From an uncultured Gemmatimonadaceae bacterium (lineage in GTDB: Bacteria; Gemmatimonadota; Gemmatimonadetes; Gemmatimonadales; GWC2-71-9), in contig CAYGBV010000013.1 of the NCBI GenBank assembly GCA_964348295.1, positions 5,993 to 69,992 of the forward strand: a DNA stretch of 64,000 nucleotides, in the 5' to 3' direction. This document shows, in pieces, positions 1 to 9,487 of this stretch. Position 1 is the stretch's first letter. Each line of letters begins with the position of its first letter. The translations under genes were made by a program, and so were the position numbers. Below the pieces are notes generated by a model that was not told where the DNA came from, ran no database searches, and saw nothing but the letters and a program-made list of their open reading frames with translations.

Positions 1-545
1 TCCGGCGTGTCGGTGCGGATCATCGTCACGATGAGGTCCGCCGTGTCTCCGTTGGTCACCCACGTCTTCTCGCCGCTCAACACCCAGTCATCCCCGTCGC
101 GCACCGCCTGCGCCCGAATGCTTGCCGCGTCGGACCCGCTGTCCGCCTCGGACAGCGAGAACGCCGTCAGCACCTCGCCACGCGCCATGGGACGGAGCCA
201 CCGCTCCTTCTGCTCGGCGGTACCCCACTCGCTCAGCATGCTTACCGGGAGCGAGTTGTGCACCGAGAGCGTAATCGAGACGGCGGCATCCGCCGCCGCG
301 ATCTCCTCCAGCACCATCATGTAGGTCAGCGTGTCGAGCCCCAGGCCGTCGTACTCCTCGGGGATGGTCAATCCCAAGAAGCCCAGCTCGCCGAGCTGCC
401 GCACGATGTCGGCCGGGTAGGTGCTGGTCGCATCCCACTCGGCCGCGCGCGGCGCGATCTCGTTCTGAGCGAACTCCCGCGCCAGCGCCACTATCTCGCG
501 GCGCTCCTCATCGATCGTCTCGAGCAGCGGCTGGGCGACGGTCAC
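1..545 (-). CDS. Acyl-CoA dehydrogenase, N-terminal part (runs off window start)
   Basis: Not in ORF track. Manual translation from GTG 545 (GTGA overlap with hbd stop): [69 protein letters not shown]...[19 protein letters not shown], a classic ACAD N-terminus. Confidence 0.9.
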   Translation of the reverse strand, partial: MTVAQPLLETIDEERREIVALAREFAQNEIAPRAAEWDATSTYPADIVRQLGELGFLGLTIPEEYDGLGLDTLTYMMVLEEIAAADAAVSITLSVHNSLPVSMLSEWGTAEQKERWLRPMARGEVLTAFSLSEADSGSDAASIRAQAVRDGDDWVLSGEKTWVTNGDTADLIVTMIRTDTP

Positions 546-1390
546 TTGCTGTAGTCGTAGAACCCGCGGCCGGTCTTCCTCCCCAGGTACCCGGCCACCA
601 CCATCTTGCGCAGCAGGGGGCAGGGCCGGTACTTCGAGTCACCCAGCCCCGTGTGCAGCACCTCCATGATCGAGAGGCACACGTCCAGCCCGATGAGATC
701 GGCCAGCGCGAGCGGCCCCATCGGGTGATTCATGCCCAGCTTCATCACCGTGTCCACCGCCTCGGGCTGCGCCACGCCCTCCATGACGCAGTAAACCGCC
801 TCGTTGATCATCGGCAGGAGCACACGGTTCGCAACGAAACCCGGATAATCGCTCACCTCGACCGGCGTCTTGCCCAGAGAAGTGGCGATCTCCATGACCG
901 TGGCCAGCGTCTCGTCGGAGGTGCCGAGTCCGCGAATGACCTCGACGAGCTGCATCATTGGCACCGGGTTCATGAAGTGCATCCCGATGACATTGGCGGG
1001 GCGCTTCGTATGAGCGGCGATCTCCGTAACTGAGATCGAGGAGGTGTTGGTGGCCAAGATGGCTTCCGCCGGGGCCACCGCATCCAGTTTCTCGAAGATC
1101 GAGAACTTGAGCTCCGGGCTCTCGGTCGCCGCCTCCACCACGAGCTCGGCCTTGGCGGCGGCATCGAGCTTGCCGGACGTCGCAATGCGCTCGAGCGCGG
1201 CGTCCCGATCTGCCTCCGTCAGGGCACCCTTCTTGATCTGCCGGTCCATGTTCTTCCGGATGGTCGCCAGCGCCTTCTCCAATTGCTTCTTATCAACGTC
1301 GATCAGCGCCACGTCCCACTCGTGCTGCGCGAACACGTGCGCGATCCCGTTCCCCATGGTGCCGGCACCAACCACTGCGATCCCTTTCAC
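542..1390 (-). CDS. hbd: 3-hydroxybutyryl-CoA dehydrogenase
   Basis: [14 protein letters not shown] Rossmann motif, [36 protein letters not shown]. Start trimmed to GTG 1390, overlapping upstream stop. Confidence 0.92.
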   Translation of the reverse strand: MKGIAVVGAGTMGNGIAHVFAQHEWDVALIDVDKKQLEKALATIRKNMDRQIKKGALTEADRDAALERIATSGKLDAAAKAELVVEAATESPELKFSIFEKLDAVAPAEAILATNTSSISVTEIAAHTKRPANVIGMHFMNPVPMMQLVEVIRGLGTSDETLATVMEIATSLGKTPVEVSDYPGFVANRVLLPMINEAVYCVMEGVAQPEAVDTVMKLGMNHPMGPLALADLIGLDVCLSIMEVLHTGLGDSKYRPCPLLRKMVVAGYLGRKTGRGFYDYSK

Positions 1391-2214
1391 GTCCGTTCCC
1401 CCTCCCCGGCCCCCGCCACACGGCGGGTGAGCCAGAACAATGCCAGTCCCATCGCAACAGTGGCGCCGAGCCCGCCTTCCGGCCCGAACGCGCCGCCCGT
1501 CACCCAGGACGGGCCACCGGTTCGAAACCCCAGCAGGGGCAGCTCGAGAGCGATGCCGCTCACCGGCGCGTCGGCGCCGACGCCGAGCCCCGCATTCCAG
1601 CCCAGGTGCAGCCCCCAAGCAGCCGGCAGCCCACCCGGCGTGAAGAACGCGGCGCTCAGCACGAGCGATGCCAGCCCGATGTTCACCAACCCAAGCGGCG
1701 TCGCCTCGGGGTTTCCGAGGTGCGCCACTGCGAACACCGCCGCCAGTGACACACTCGCTCCGACCTTCCCCATCGCCCCGGTGAGACGCGCCAGCGGAAA
1801 GCCCCGGAACAACAGCTCCTCTGCCAGCGCCGCCACGGCCAGGGCCGCCAACACCTGCAGGGCCACCGCCAGGAAGGTGGTGAGCGGACCTCCGGTGAGC
1901 TCGATCCCGGCGCTCCCGAACAGCAAGACAAAGAGGAGCGCGGCGAGCGCCATGACGAGCCCGATCCCCATGCCGAGGCCGAAGGCCTTCGGGTCACGAT
2001 AGCGCCCGTGCCACCCCAGCATCTCCCAGCTCGCCAGCCGGTGACGAACCAGGAGCACGTTCACGAACAACGCTGCTACCACCAGCGGGGCCGTCTGCGC
2101 CGCGATCCCCATGGGGCCGGCTTTCCACGAGGCGGGAATCACGATGCTCAGGGGCACCGCGACCAAGGCCACCGCGAGGTAGAAGCCGACCAGCGCGGCG
2201 AGGGCCCGAAACAC
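1387..2214 (-). CDS. CPBP (Abi/CAAX protease-like) intramembrane metalloprotease
   Basis: [12 protein letters not shown] and WGLHLGWN motifs in a multi-TM protein; start approximate. Confidence 0.85.
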   Translation of the reverse strand: MFRALAALVGFYLAVALVAVPLSIVIPASWKAGPMGIAAQTAPLVVAALFVNVLLVRHRLASWEMLGWHGRYRDPKAFGLGMGIGLVMALAALLFVLLFGSAGIELTGGPLTTFLAVALQVLAALAVAALAEELLFRGFPLARLTGAMGKVGASVSLAAVFAVAHLGNPEATPLGLVNIGLASLVLSAAFFTPGGLPAAWGLHLGWNAGLGVGADAPVSGIALELPLLGFRTGGPSWVTGGAFGPEGGLGATVAMGLALFWLTRRVAGAGEGERT

Positions 2215-2225
2215 GACGCGCGCCC

Positions 2226-2795
2226 TTAGTGGAGCGCGCGCGTCGTCGCTGCGAACCGCCGGACGATCAGTCCGGCGATCACGACCTTCAGCAGGTCCAA
2301 CAGCAGAAACGGCAACGAGCCCCAGACGATCGCCGTCGCGAGGTCCCCGCTCAGGATCGCGAGTTGGGCGACCCCACCGAGGTGGATCACGCCCACGCCG
2401 GCCAGCATTGCGAGCGCCAGGCGCGCCCACGACCGGCCGTCACCGACTACCCGGCCCACGGCCGCTGCAGCCAACGGGGTCGCCAGCAGATACCCTCCGG
2501 TGGGGCCGAACAACCGCGCCACCCCTGGTGCGCCCAAGGGGGCGTATACCGGAACACCGGCGGCACCGAGCAGCAGATAGACTACCAGGCTGGCGGCGCC
2601 CAGCCGCGGCCCCAGGAGGCCACCCACGATGAGCACCGCCGGCACCTGCAGGGTCACGGGCACCGGCGTGCCGGGAAGTGGAATCGCCACCTGGGCGCCG
2701 ATGGCGACCAGGATCGCCCCCGCCAGGACGGCGAACGCCCGCCGCACCACCGCGGACGCTGTCACATCGACGTGTGCTATCCGGCTCTGACTCAT
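2226..2795 (-). CDS. bioY: Biotin transporter BioY
   Basis: AQVAIPLPGTPVPVTLQ, GPRLGAAS, LFGPTGGYL, PFLLLDLLK; ATG 2795 overlaps thiolase stop. Confidence 0.9.
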   Translation of the reverse strand: MSQSRIAHVDVTASAVVRRAFAVLAGAILVAIGAQVAIPLPGTPVPVTLQVPAVLIVGGLLGPRLGAASLVVYLLLGAAGVPVYAPLGAPGVARLFGPTGGYLLATPLAAAAVGRVVGDGRSWARLALAMLAGVGVIHLGGVAQLAILSGDLATAIVWGSLPFLLLDLLKVVIAGLIVRRFAATTRALH

Positions 2796-3988
2796 GCAGC
2801 TCGCTCCACGCTGAGTGCAACCGCGTTCCCGCCGCCCAGACACAGCGTCGCGAGCCCCGTGCTCGCGCCGCGGTCCCGCATCGCGTACAGCAGGGTCGTG
2901 AGGATGCGCGCTCCGCTGGCCCCGATGGGGTGCCCGAGCGCGACCGCCCCGCCGTTGACGTTCACGCGGTCCCAATCCCAACCCAGTCCGCGCCCGTCGG
3001 CGATGGCCTGCACGGCAAACGCCTCATTGGCCTCGATCAGGTCGTACGACCCGATGTCGGTCTTGGTCTTCTGCATCAGGTTCTGCACCGCCTTGATCGG
3101 CGCGAAGAACAGTTCCTTCGGCGGCCCGCCGCCCGCCGCGTAGCCGGTGACGCGGGCGATCACCTCGAGCCCGTGGGCCTCGGCGAAGGCCTGTGACGTC
3201 ACCACCAGCGCGCTGGCACCATCGTTCAGGCCCGGAGCGTTCCCGGCCGTGACGGATCCGTCCTTCTGGAACGCGGGCTTGAGCTTGCTGAGCGCCTCGA
3301 GCGAGGTCTCCTTGCGCGGGCCCTCATCGGTGTCTACCACCGTGACCTTGCCCTTGCGTCCCGCGATCTCCACCGGGACGATCTCCGCCGCGAACTTGCC
3401 GCTCTCCTGCGCGGCCACGGCCTTCCGGTGGCTATTGAAGGCGTACTCGTCCTGCTCCTCCCGCGTCACGCCCGCCTTCTCGGCCGTATACTCGGCGTAG
3501 CTGCCCATCACGTTGTCGCCGAAGGAGCACCACAGGCCGTCGTACTGCACGGCGTCCACCATCTGCTGGTTCCCGTACTTCACGCCACCGCGCATGCCGT
3601 ACACGTAGTGCGGCGCGGTGGACATGGATTCCTGACCACCCGCCAGGACGCACTGTGCATCGCCGGCCCGAATCGCCTGAGACGCCAGCATCACGGCCTT
3701 GAGGCCGGAGCCGCACACCTTGTTCACGGTCAGCGCGGGCACCTCGTCGGGTACTCCTCCGTGGATGGCCGCCTGACGGGCCGGGGCCTGGCCGGAGCCA
3801 CCCTGGACCACGTGCCCCATGATGATCTCGTCGATGGCGCTCCCATCGATCCCTGCACGGCTCATCGCCTCGCGCACCGCGATCGCGCCCAGCCGCGGAG
3901 CCGGGAGCGAGGCCAGGCCACCGAGGTAGCGGCCCACCGGCGTCCGCACGGCGCTGACGATGACCGGAGTCGTGTCTTTCTTAGCCAC
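2792..3988 (-). CDS. Acetyl-CoA C-acetyltransferase (thiolase)
   Basis: NKVCGSGLKA (catalytic Cys), NEAFA, GGAVALGHPIGASG, LCLGGG. Confidence 0.95.
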   Translation of the reverse strand: MAKKDTTPVIVSAVRTPVGRYLGGLASLPAPRLGAIAVREAMSRAGIDGSAIDEIIMGHVVQGGSGQAPARQAAIHGGVPDEVPALTVNKVCGSGLKAVMLASQAIRAGDAQCVLAGGQESMSTAPHYVYGMRGGVKYGNQQMVDAVQYDGLWCSFGDNVMGSYAEYTAEKAGVTREEQDEYAFNSHRKAVAAQESGKFAAEIVPVEIAGRKGKVTVVDTDEGPRKETSLEALSKLKPAFQKDGSVTAGNAPGLNDGASALVVTSQAFAEAHGLEVIARVTGYAAGGGPPKELFFAPIKAVQNLMQKTKTDIGSYDLIEANEAFAVQAIADGRGLGWDWDRVNVNGGAVALGHPIGASGARILTTLLYAMRDRGASTGLATLCLGGGNAVALSVERAA

Positions 3989-4117
3989 GGTTCGATCCTC
4001 CCATCTCTCCCGCCAATCCCGACGCTCGATCTAACTGTTTCGAGGCGTAACTATTTAATCGCTTGCAGTTTAACGGGGGGTACAGGGGGCCTCAACCTCA
4101 CTCCACCACCACCCTTC

Positions 4118-6061
4118 CTAGACTTCCAACGCCTTCGTGCGGATCTTCCCGACCACCCTCTCCCGGAACTCCTCGGTGGGCATGACCTCCTGCTTCTGCT
4201 TCGCTCCCCGCGCGCGAACGGCGACCGTCCCCTGCTCTACCTCGCGCTTCCCCACCACGGCTAGGTAGGGCACCTTCATCAGCTCGCCGTCGCGCACCCG
4301 GTAGTTGAGCGTGTCGTTGCGGTCGTCCACGCTGGAGCGGATGCCCGCCGCCCGGAGCGCGGCGTCAACCGCTCGGGCCGCCTCGGCCTGCTCCTCCGTA
4401 ATGGGCAGCACGCGTACCTGCTCCGGTGCGATCCACACGGGAAAGGCTCCGGCGAAGTGCTCGATGATGCACCCTACGAATCGCTCGAGCGTGCCGAGGA
4501 TGGCCCGGTGGATCATGACCGGGCGGTGCGGCTTATTGTCGGAGCCGGTGTACTCCAGGTCGAAGCGCTCGGGAAGCTGGTAGTCCAGCTGGATGGTGGT
4601 GCCCTGCCACTCCCGACCGATCGCGTCTTTCAGCTTGACGTCGATCTTGGGGCCGTAGAACGCACCGCCCCCCTCGTCCAGCCCGTAGGTCAGGTTGAGC
4701 CGCTTGAGCGCCCCTTCCAGGGCGCGCTCCGCCACTTCCCACGCCGCGTCGTCACCCATCTTCTTCACGGGTCGGGTCGCCAGGTCGATCCGGTACTCGA
4801 AGCCGAAGATCTTGTTGAGCACGAGATCAGTGAGGTCCAGCATGTCGAAGATCTCGTCCTCGATCTGATCCTCACGGCAGAAGATGTGGGCGTCGTCCAT
4901 CGTGAGCATGCGCACCCTGAGCAAACCGTGCAGGGTGCCAGACAGCTCGTTGCGGTAGACATTCGCCACCTCGGCCAGCCGGACCGGCAGATCGCGGTAG
5001 GATCGCTGCCGTGCCGCGTACACCAGCGTGTGCATCGGACAGTTCATCGGCTTGACCCGGTAGCGCACGTCCTCCGCATCACCCTCGCCCGCCGCCATTG
5101 ACGCGAACTGCTGTTCCTCGTAGTGCGGCAGGTGCCCCGAGCGGTAGAACAGCTCCTCCCGCGTGACGTGCGGCGTGAACACCAGGCTGTAGCCCCGCCG
5201 CAACAGCTCGTCTTCGATGAAGCGCCGCAGCTCATGCTGGATGATGGCACCCCGGGGGTGCCACAGGATCATCCCCGGTCCCACGTCCTCCTGAATGCTG
5301 AAGAGGTCGAGCTGCTTGCCGATCACCCGGTGGTCGCGCTTCTCGGCCTCCTCGAGGCGGTGCAGATAGGCCTCCAGGTCGCCCTTCTTGAACCAGGCGG
5401 TCCCGTAGATGCGCTGCAGCATCTGGCGGGTGGAGTCACCGCGCCAGTACGCCCCGGCGGCGTGGAGCAGCTTGAAGTGCTGCACGCGGCCGGTGCTCGG
5501 AACGTGGGGACCGCGGCACAGGTCCACGAACGGCCCGTCGGTGTAGACCGAAATGGTCTCGTCGTCCCCCAGCTCCTCCAGACGCTCCAGCTTGAGGGGG
5601 TCGTCCTTGAACCGCTTGCGCGCGTCCTTGCGGTCTACCTCCTCGCGCAGCATGCGGTAATCGGCCTGCGCCACCTCCTGCATCTTCCGCTCAATGGCCC
5701 GGAGGTCGTCGGGGGTGAACGGCCGGGGCACGTCGAAGTCGTAGTAGAACCCGTCTTCGATCGCGGGGCCGAAGCCGATCTTCGCCTCGGGAAACAGCTC
5801 CCGTACCGCAGTAGCCAGCACGTGCGCCGCCGTGTGCCGCAAGACCTCCAGCGCTGCTGCGTCGTCCTCGGTGATGATCTCCAACGCGGTGTCGCCGGGC
5901 AGCGGGCGGTCGAGATCCCACACGTCACCGTTCACACGGGCGGCCACCGCCGCTCGCGCAAGGCGTGGCCCGATGGCCTCGGCCACGGCACGCGCCGTCG
6001 TGCCGGCGGGCTCGGTCCGGACCGATCCGTCGGGCAAGGCGATCTTGATGCTGTCAGGCAT
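4118..6061 (-). CDS. thrS: Threonine--tRNA ligase
   Basis: TGS domain (IKIALPDGS), RHTAAHVLA, DLCRGPHV, KPMNCP, YGPKID, HRAILG; start trimmed to ATG 6061. Confidence 0.97.
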   Translation of the reverse strand: MPDSIKIALPDGSVRTEPAGTTARAVAEAIGPRLARAAVAARVNGDVWDLDRPLPGDTALEIITEDDAAALEVLRHTAAHVLATAVRELFPEAKIGFGPAIEDGFYYDFDVPRPFTPDDLRAIERKMQEVAQADYRMLREEVDRKDARKRFKDDPLKLERLEELGDDETISVYTDGPFVDLCRGPHVPSTGRVQHFKLLHAAGAYWRGDSTRQMLQRIYGTAWFKKGDLEAYLHRLEEAEKRDHRVIGKQLDLFSIQEDVGPGMILWHPRGAIIQHELRRFIEDELLRRGYSLVFTPHVTREELFYRSGHLPHYEEQQFASMAAGEGDAEDVRYRVKPMNCPMHTLVYAARQRSYRDLPVRLAEVANVYRNELSGTLHGLLRVRMLTMDDAHIFCREDQIEDEIFDMLDLTDLVLNKIFGFEYRIDLATRPVKKMGDDAAWEVAERALEGALKRLNLTYGLDEGGGAFYGPKIDVKLKDAIGREWQGTTIQLDYQLPERFDLEYTGSDNKPHRPVMIHRAILGTLERFVGCIIEHFAGAFPVWIAPEQVRVLPITEEQAEAARAVDAALRAAGIRSSVDDRNDTLNYRVRDGELMKVPYLAVVGKREVEQGTVAVRARGAKQKQEVMPTEEFRERVVGKIRTKALEV

Positions 6062-6215
6062 GGAGGATGGTCGTGGTCCAGGCAGACCCCAGGAGCGGGT
6101 CCATATCTCCGGCGAACCGGAGGAACAGCAAGACGCCCGCCAGGATCGCCGCCGCAATCACGAAGGAGACCCAGAACGCACGTCGGCTGACGAACTGGCG
6201 GCCGCTGTCCGGCAT
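6054..6215 (-). CDS. Small single-TM membrane protein, 53 aa, upstream ORF coupled to thrS
   Basis: Below ORF-track cutoff. MPDSGRQFVSRRAFWVSFVIAAAILAGVLLFLRFAGDMDPLLGSAWTTTILHA*; stop overlaps thrS ATG (ATGCCTGA). Confidence 0.65.
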   Translation of the reverse strand: MPDSGRQFVSRRAFWVSFVIAAAILAGVLLFLRFAGDMDPLLGSAWTTTILHA

Positions 6216-6221
6216 GCTAGA

Positions 6222-6230
6222 AGTATACCA
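6222..6230 (-). promoter_or_regulatory. Extended -10 promoter (TGgTATACT) 6 nt before ATG 6215; likely leaderless uORF-thrS transcript
   Basis: Minus strand reads TGGTATACT-TCTAGC-ATG; no Shine-Dalgarno. Confidence 0.55.
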
Positions 6231-6248
6231 AAGGGATTCGTTGCGCCT

Positions 6249-6254
6249 TATAAT
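6249..6254 (+). promoter_or_regulatory. Consensus -10 box (TATAAT) of the divergent BON-valS promoter
   Basis: Perfect TATAAT in an AT-rich patch between divergent genes. Confidence 0.45.
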
Positions 6255-6292
6255 TGTACCCAGGACGGTTTACCGGTGCCACGGGAGGGACT

Positions 6293-6730
6293 CTGATACG
6301 CGTCAAGCACGAAGACAGTGACTGGTTGGGCGTCGCGCTCTCCACGGCGGCCGGCCTCGGGATCGGGCTGCTCGCCGGCCTCGTGGCGAGCGAGTTCCTG
6401 GGCGAGGTCAACTCTGACCGGGTGAGGCGCGTGGTACGCCGGCTGCGCCGCGGCGCAGGGTCGGCTGCCCCACAGGACCCGCGGCTGTTGGAGCGCGCCG
6501 TAGTCGCCGCCCTGGGTGAGAACGCTCAGACCAGGCACTTGATCGTCGCTGCTCGGGCGCTCGGCGACGGTGTAGTCGAGCTCACGGGAACCGCTCCGGA
6601 CCCCGAGGCGCGGCGACTTGCCGGCGAAGTCGCGCGGGGTGCAGAGGGGGCGGACGTCATCGTCAACCGGATCCTCGTCGAGGGGGACGACGTCCCCCGG
6701 CGGCACTCGGCGCCCTCCAGCGTGAGCTGA
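6293..6730 (+). CDS. BON domain protein with N-terminal membrane anchor
   Basis: TM helix then LERAVVAALGEN...VVELTGTAPDPEARRLAGEVARGAEGADVIVNRILV (BON). Start uncertain: track TTG 6254 overlaps the -10 box; GGGAGG precedes CTG 6293. Confidence 0.75.
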   Translation: MIRVKHEDSDWLGVALSTAAGLGIGLLAGLVASEFLGEVNSDRVRRVVRRLRRGAGSAAPQDPRLLERAVVAALGENAQTRHLIVAARALGDGVVELTGTAPDPEARRLAGEVARGAEGADVIVNRILVEGDDVPRRHSAPSSVS

Positions 6731-6793
6731 GGCTCGCGGGGCGGCGCCGCACCGGCCGCACGCAACGGGTTCACCCAACATCCTCGAACGTCC

Positions 6794-9487
6794 ATGACCA
6801 CGAAGACGGAACTCGCCTCGAAGTACGATCCGTCTGCGATCGAGCGCGAGACCTACCAGCGCTGGATCGACGCCGGCGTGTTCACGGCCTCACCAGAGTC
6901 CGAGCGGGACCCGTACGTCATAGTCATTCCGCCGCCCAACGTGACCTCCGTGCTCCACATGGGCCACGGACTCAACAACACGCTGCAGGACGTCCTGATC
7001 CGGTTCGAGCGGATGCGGGGACGAGAGGCGCTATGGCTGCCGGGGACCGACCACGCCGGGATCGCCACGCAAAACGTGGTGGAGAGGCAGCTCGCCGAGG
7101 AGGGCAAGAGCCGCCACGACATCGGGCGCGAGGCCTTTGTGGATCGCGTCTGGGAGCACGTGCGTCACACCGGCGGCACCATCCTGGAGCAGCTCAAGGC
7201 CATCGGCTGCTCCTGCGACTGGACCCGCACACGCTTCACCCTGGACGAGGGCTACTCCCAGGCGGTGCGGAGAGTCTTCGTGGAACTGTACAACCAGGGC
7301 CTCATCTACCGCGGCTACCGGGTGATCCACTGGTGCCCGCGCTGCCACACCTCGCTGTCCGACGAAGAGGCGGAGTTCCGGGAACGGGACGACTACCTGT
7401 ACTACATCCGGTATCCGGTGGTGAGGGACGGGGCCGGCGGGAGCGACGGCAGCGTTATCGTTGCGACTACTCGCCCCGAGACGATGTACGGCGACATCGC
7501 CCTGGTGCACCACCCGGAGGACGAGCGCTTCGGGCACCTGACGGGGAAGTCGGTGACGCTCCCCCTCTCGAACGTCCCGATCCCGATCGAGACGAGCACC
7601 TATGTGGAGCGGGACTTCGGTACGGGAATGCTCAAGGTGACGCCGGCGCACGATCCGCACGACTTCGAGATCGCTGGCGAGCTGCCCGGGGAGCACGACA
7701 CGCCCGTGGTGATCGACGCCGACGCCCGGATGGCGGACGACCCGAGGGTACCCCCGGCAGTCCGGGGTCTGGACCGCGATGCCGCGCGGGCCAAGACGGT
7801 CGAGCTGCTCGAGGCCGAGGGGCTGCTCGAGAAGATCGAGCCGTACCGGCACGCGGTGCGCCACTGCTACCGCTGTCACACGGTGGTGGAGCCGCGGCTC
7901 TCGAACCAGTGGTTCGTGAGCATGATGCCGCTGGCCGAGCCGGCGCTCGACGCCTACCGCGCCGGACGGTTGCGCTTCGTTCCGGAGCGCTGGGGCAAGG
8001 TGTACGAGAGCTGGCTCACCGAGATCCGCGACTGGAACATCTCGCGGCAGCTCTGGTGGGGGCATCAGATCCCTGCCTGGTACTGCGAGGCGGACGGCTG
8101 CGAGCACGTGACCGTCGCCATGGAGCCCCCCTCGGCCTGCGAGGCGTGTGGCGGCGCAGTGCGCCAGGACGAGGACGTGCTGGACACCTGGTTCTCGTCG
8201 TGGCTCTGGCCCTTCGCTACCATGGGCTGGCCCGCAGGCACCCGCGACCTGGCGCGGTTCTACCCGGGTCACACGCTCGTCACCGCACCGGACATCATCT
8301 TCTTCTGGGTCGCCCGCATGGTGATGGCGGGGTACCACTTCCTGGAGGAGCGGCCCTTCGCGACGGTCTATCTCAACGGCGTCGTGCGCGACCCCCAACA
8401 CCGGGCCTTCTCCAAGTCCCTGGGGAACGGAATCGACCCGCTCGACGCGGTCGAGCGCTACGGCGCCGACGCGCTGCGCTACACCGTGGTGTCGGGCGCG
8501 GCCGCAGGCACCGACGTCATCATGGACCGCGACGCAATGGATGCGACGTTCGCCGCAGGGCGCAACTTCGCCAACAAGCTGTGGAACATGGGCCGTCTGA
8601 TGCTGTCGGCGGTGGACGACGCTACGCCCCCGCCGGAGTCGCTCGATCCGGCGCAGTTAGAGCTGGCCGACCGCTGGATCTTGTCACGGTGCCAGCGCGT
8701 CGTGGCACAAACGACGGAGGCCTTGGAGCGCTTGCGCCTCAACGACGCCGCCGGCCTGGTCTACCACTTCATGTGGGACGAGCTGGCCGACTGGTACCTG
8801 GAGCAGGTCAAGCCGCGGCTGTACGGCTCGGCAGTCGGCGGCGAGCTGGCAGCGGCGATCGTGGTCCAGGTGTTCCAGACGGCGCTGCGGTTGCTGCACC
8901 CGATCATGCCGTTCCTCTCGGAGGAGCTGTGGCGGCATCTTCCCGGTGAGCGGGAGCCGTTGCTCGCCACCGCGGCCTGGCCGGTGCCGCAGCAGGCGTG
9001 GGTGGACGAGGAGGCCGAGGACCTGTTCGCGCGGGTGCAGGCGCTGGTGACCGCCGTGCGCGCCGTCCGCGCCGAGTACGGCGTGGCGCCGGGCACCGAC
9101 GTGCGCGCGTTCGCGCGTCCGGCCAGCGCCGAGGCGCTGCAGGCGCTCAACGCCGAGCAACGGACGATCGAGCGTCTGGCGAAGTTGAGCCACCTCACCA
9201 CGGAGGAGCCCCCCGATGAGGTCGGCGCGCACCAGGTGCTGCCGGACGGCTCCTCGGTGTTCGTACCGCTGGGCGACGCCATCGACGTACAGCAGGAGTG
9301 CGAGCGCCTCAGCGCGGAACTGGAGCGCATGGACAAGCAGCTCGCGGGCGTGGCGGCCAAGCTCGCCAACGAGCAGTTCATCACCCGTGCCCCCGCCGAA
9401 GTCGTGGAGCGAGAGCGGGAGAAGGAGCGGGCGTGGCGCGAGCAGCGCGAAACGCTGGCCGACAAGCTGCGCGCCTTGGGCTGCTAG
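6794..9487 (+). CDS. valS: Valine--tRNA ligase
   Basis: PPPNVTSVLHMGH (HIGH-like), DHAGIATQ, WNISRQLWWGHQIP, FSKSLGN (KMSKS-like), C-terminal coiled coil. Confidence 0.97.
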   Translation: MTTKTELASKYDPSAIERETYQRWIDAGVFTASPESERDPYVIVIPPPNVTSVLHMGHGLNNTLQDVLIRFERMRGREALWLPGTDHAGIATQNVVERQLAEEGKSRHDIGREAFVDRVWEHVRHTGGTILEQLKAIGCSCDWTRTRFTLDEGYSQAVRRVFVELYNQGLIYRGYRVIHWCPRCHTSLSDEEAEFRERDDYLYYIRYPVVRDGAGGSDGSVIVATTRPETMYGDIALVHHPEDERFGHLTGKSVTLPLSNVPIPIETSTYVERDFGTGMLKVTPAHDPHDFEIAGELPGEHDTPVVIDADARMADDPRVPPAVRGLDRDAARAKTVELLEAEGLLEKIEPYRHAVRHCYRCHTVVEPRLSNQWFVSMMPLAEPALDAYRAGRLRFVPERWGKVYESWLTEIRDWNISRQLWWGHQIPAWYCEADGCEHVTVAMEPPSACEACGGAVRQDEDVLDTWFSSWLWPFATMGWPAGTRDLARFYPGHTLVTAPDIIFFWVARMVMAGYHFLEERPFATVYLNGVVRDPQHRAFSKSLGNGIDPLDAVERYGADALRYTVVSGAAAGTDVIMDRDAMDATFAAGRNFANKLWNMGRLMLSAVDDATPPPESLDPAQLELADRWILSRCQRVVAQTTEALERLRLNDAAGLVYHFMWDELADWYLEQVKPRLYGSAVGGELAAAIVVQVFQTALRLLHPIMPFLSEELWRHLPGEREPLLATAAWPVPQQAWVDEEAEDLFARVQALVTAVRAVRAEYGVAPGTDVRAFARPASAEALQALNAEQRTIERLAKLSHLTTEEPPDEVGAHQVLPDGSSVFVPLGDAIDVQQECERLSAELERMDKQLAGVAAKLANEQFITRAPAEVVEREREKERAWREQRETLADKLRALGC

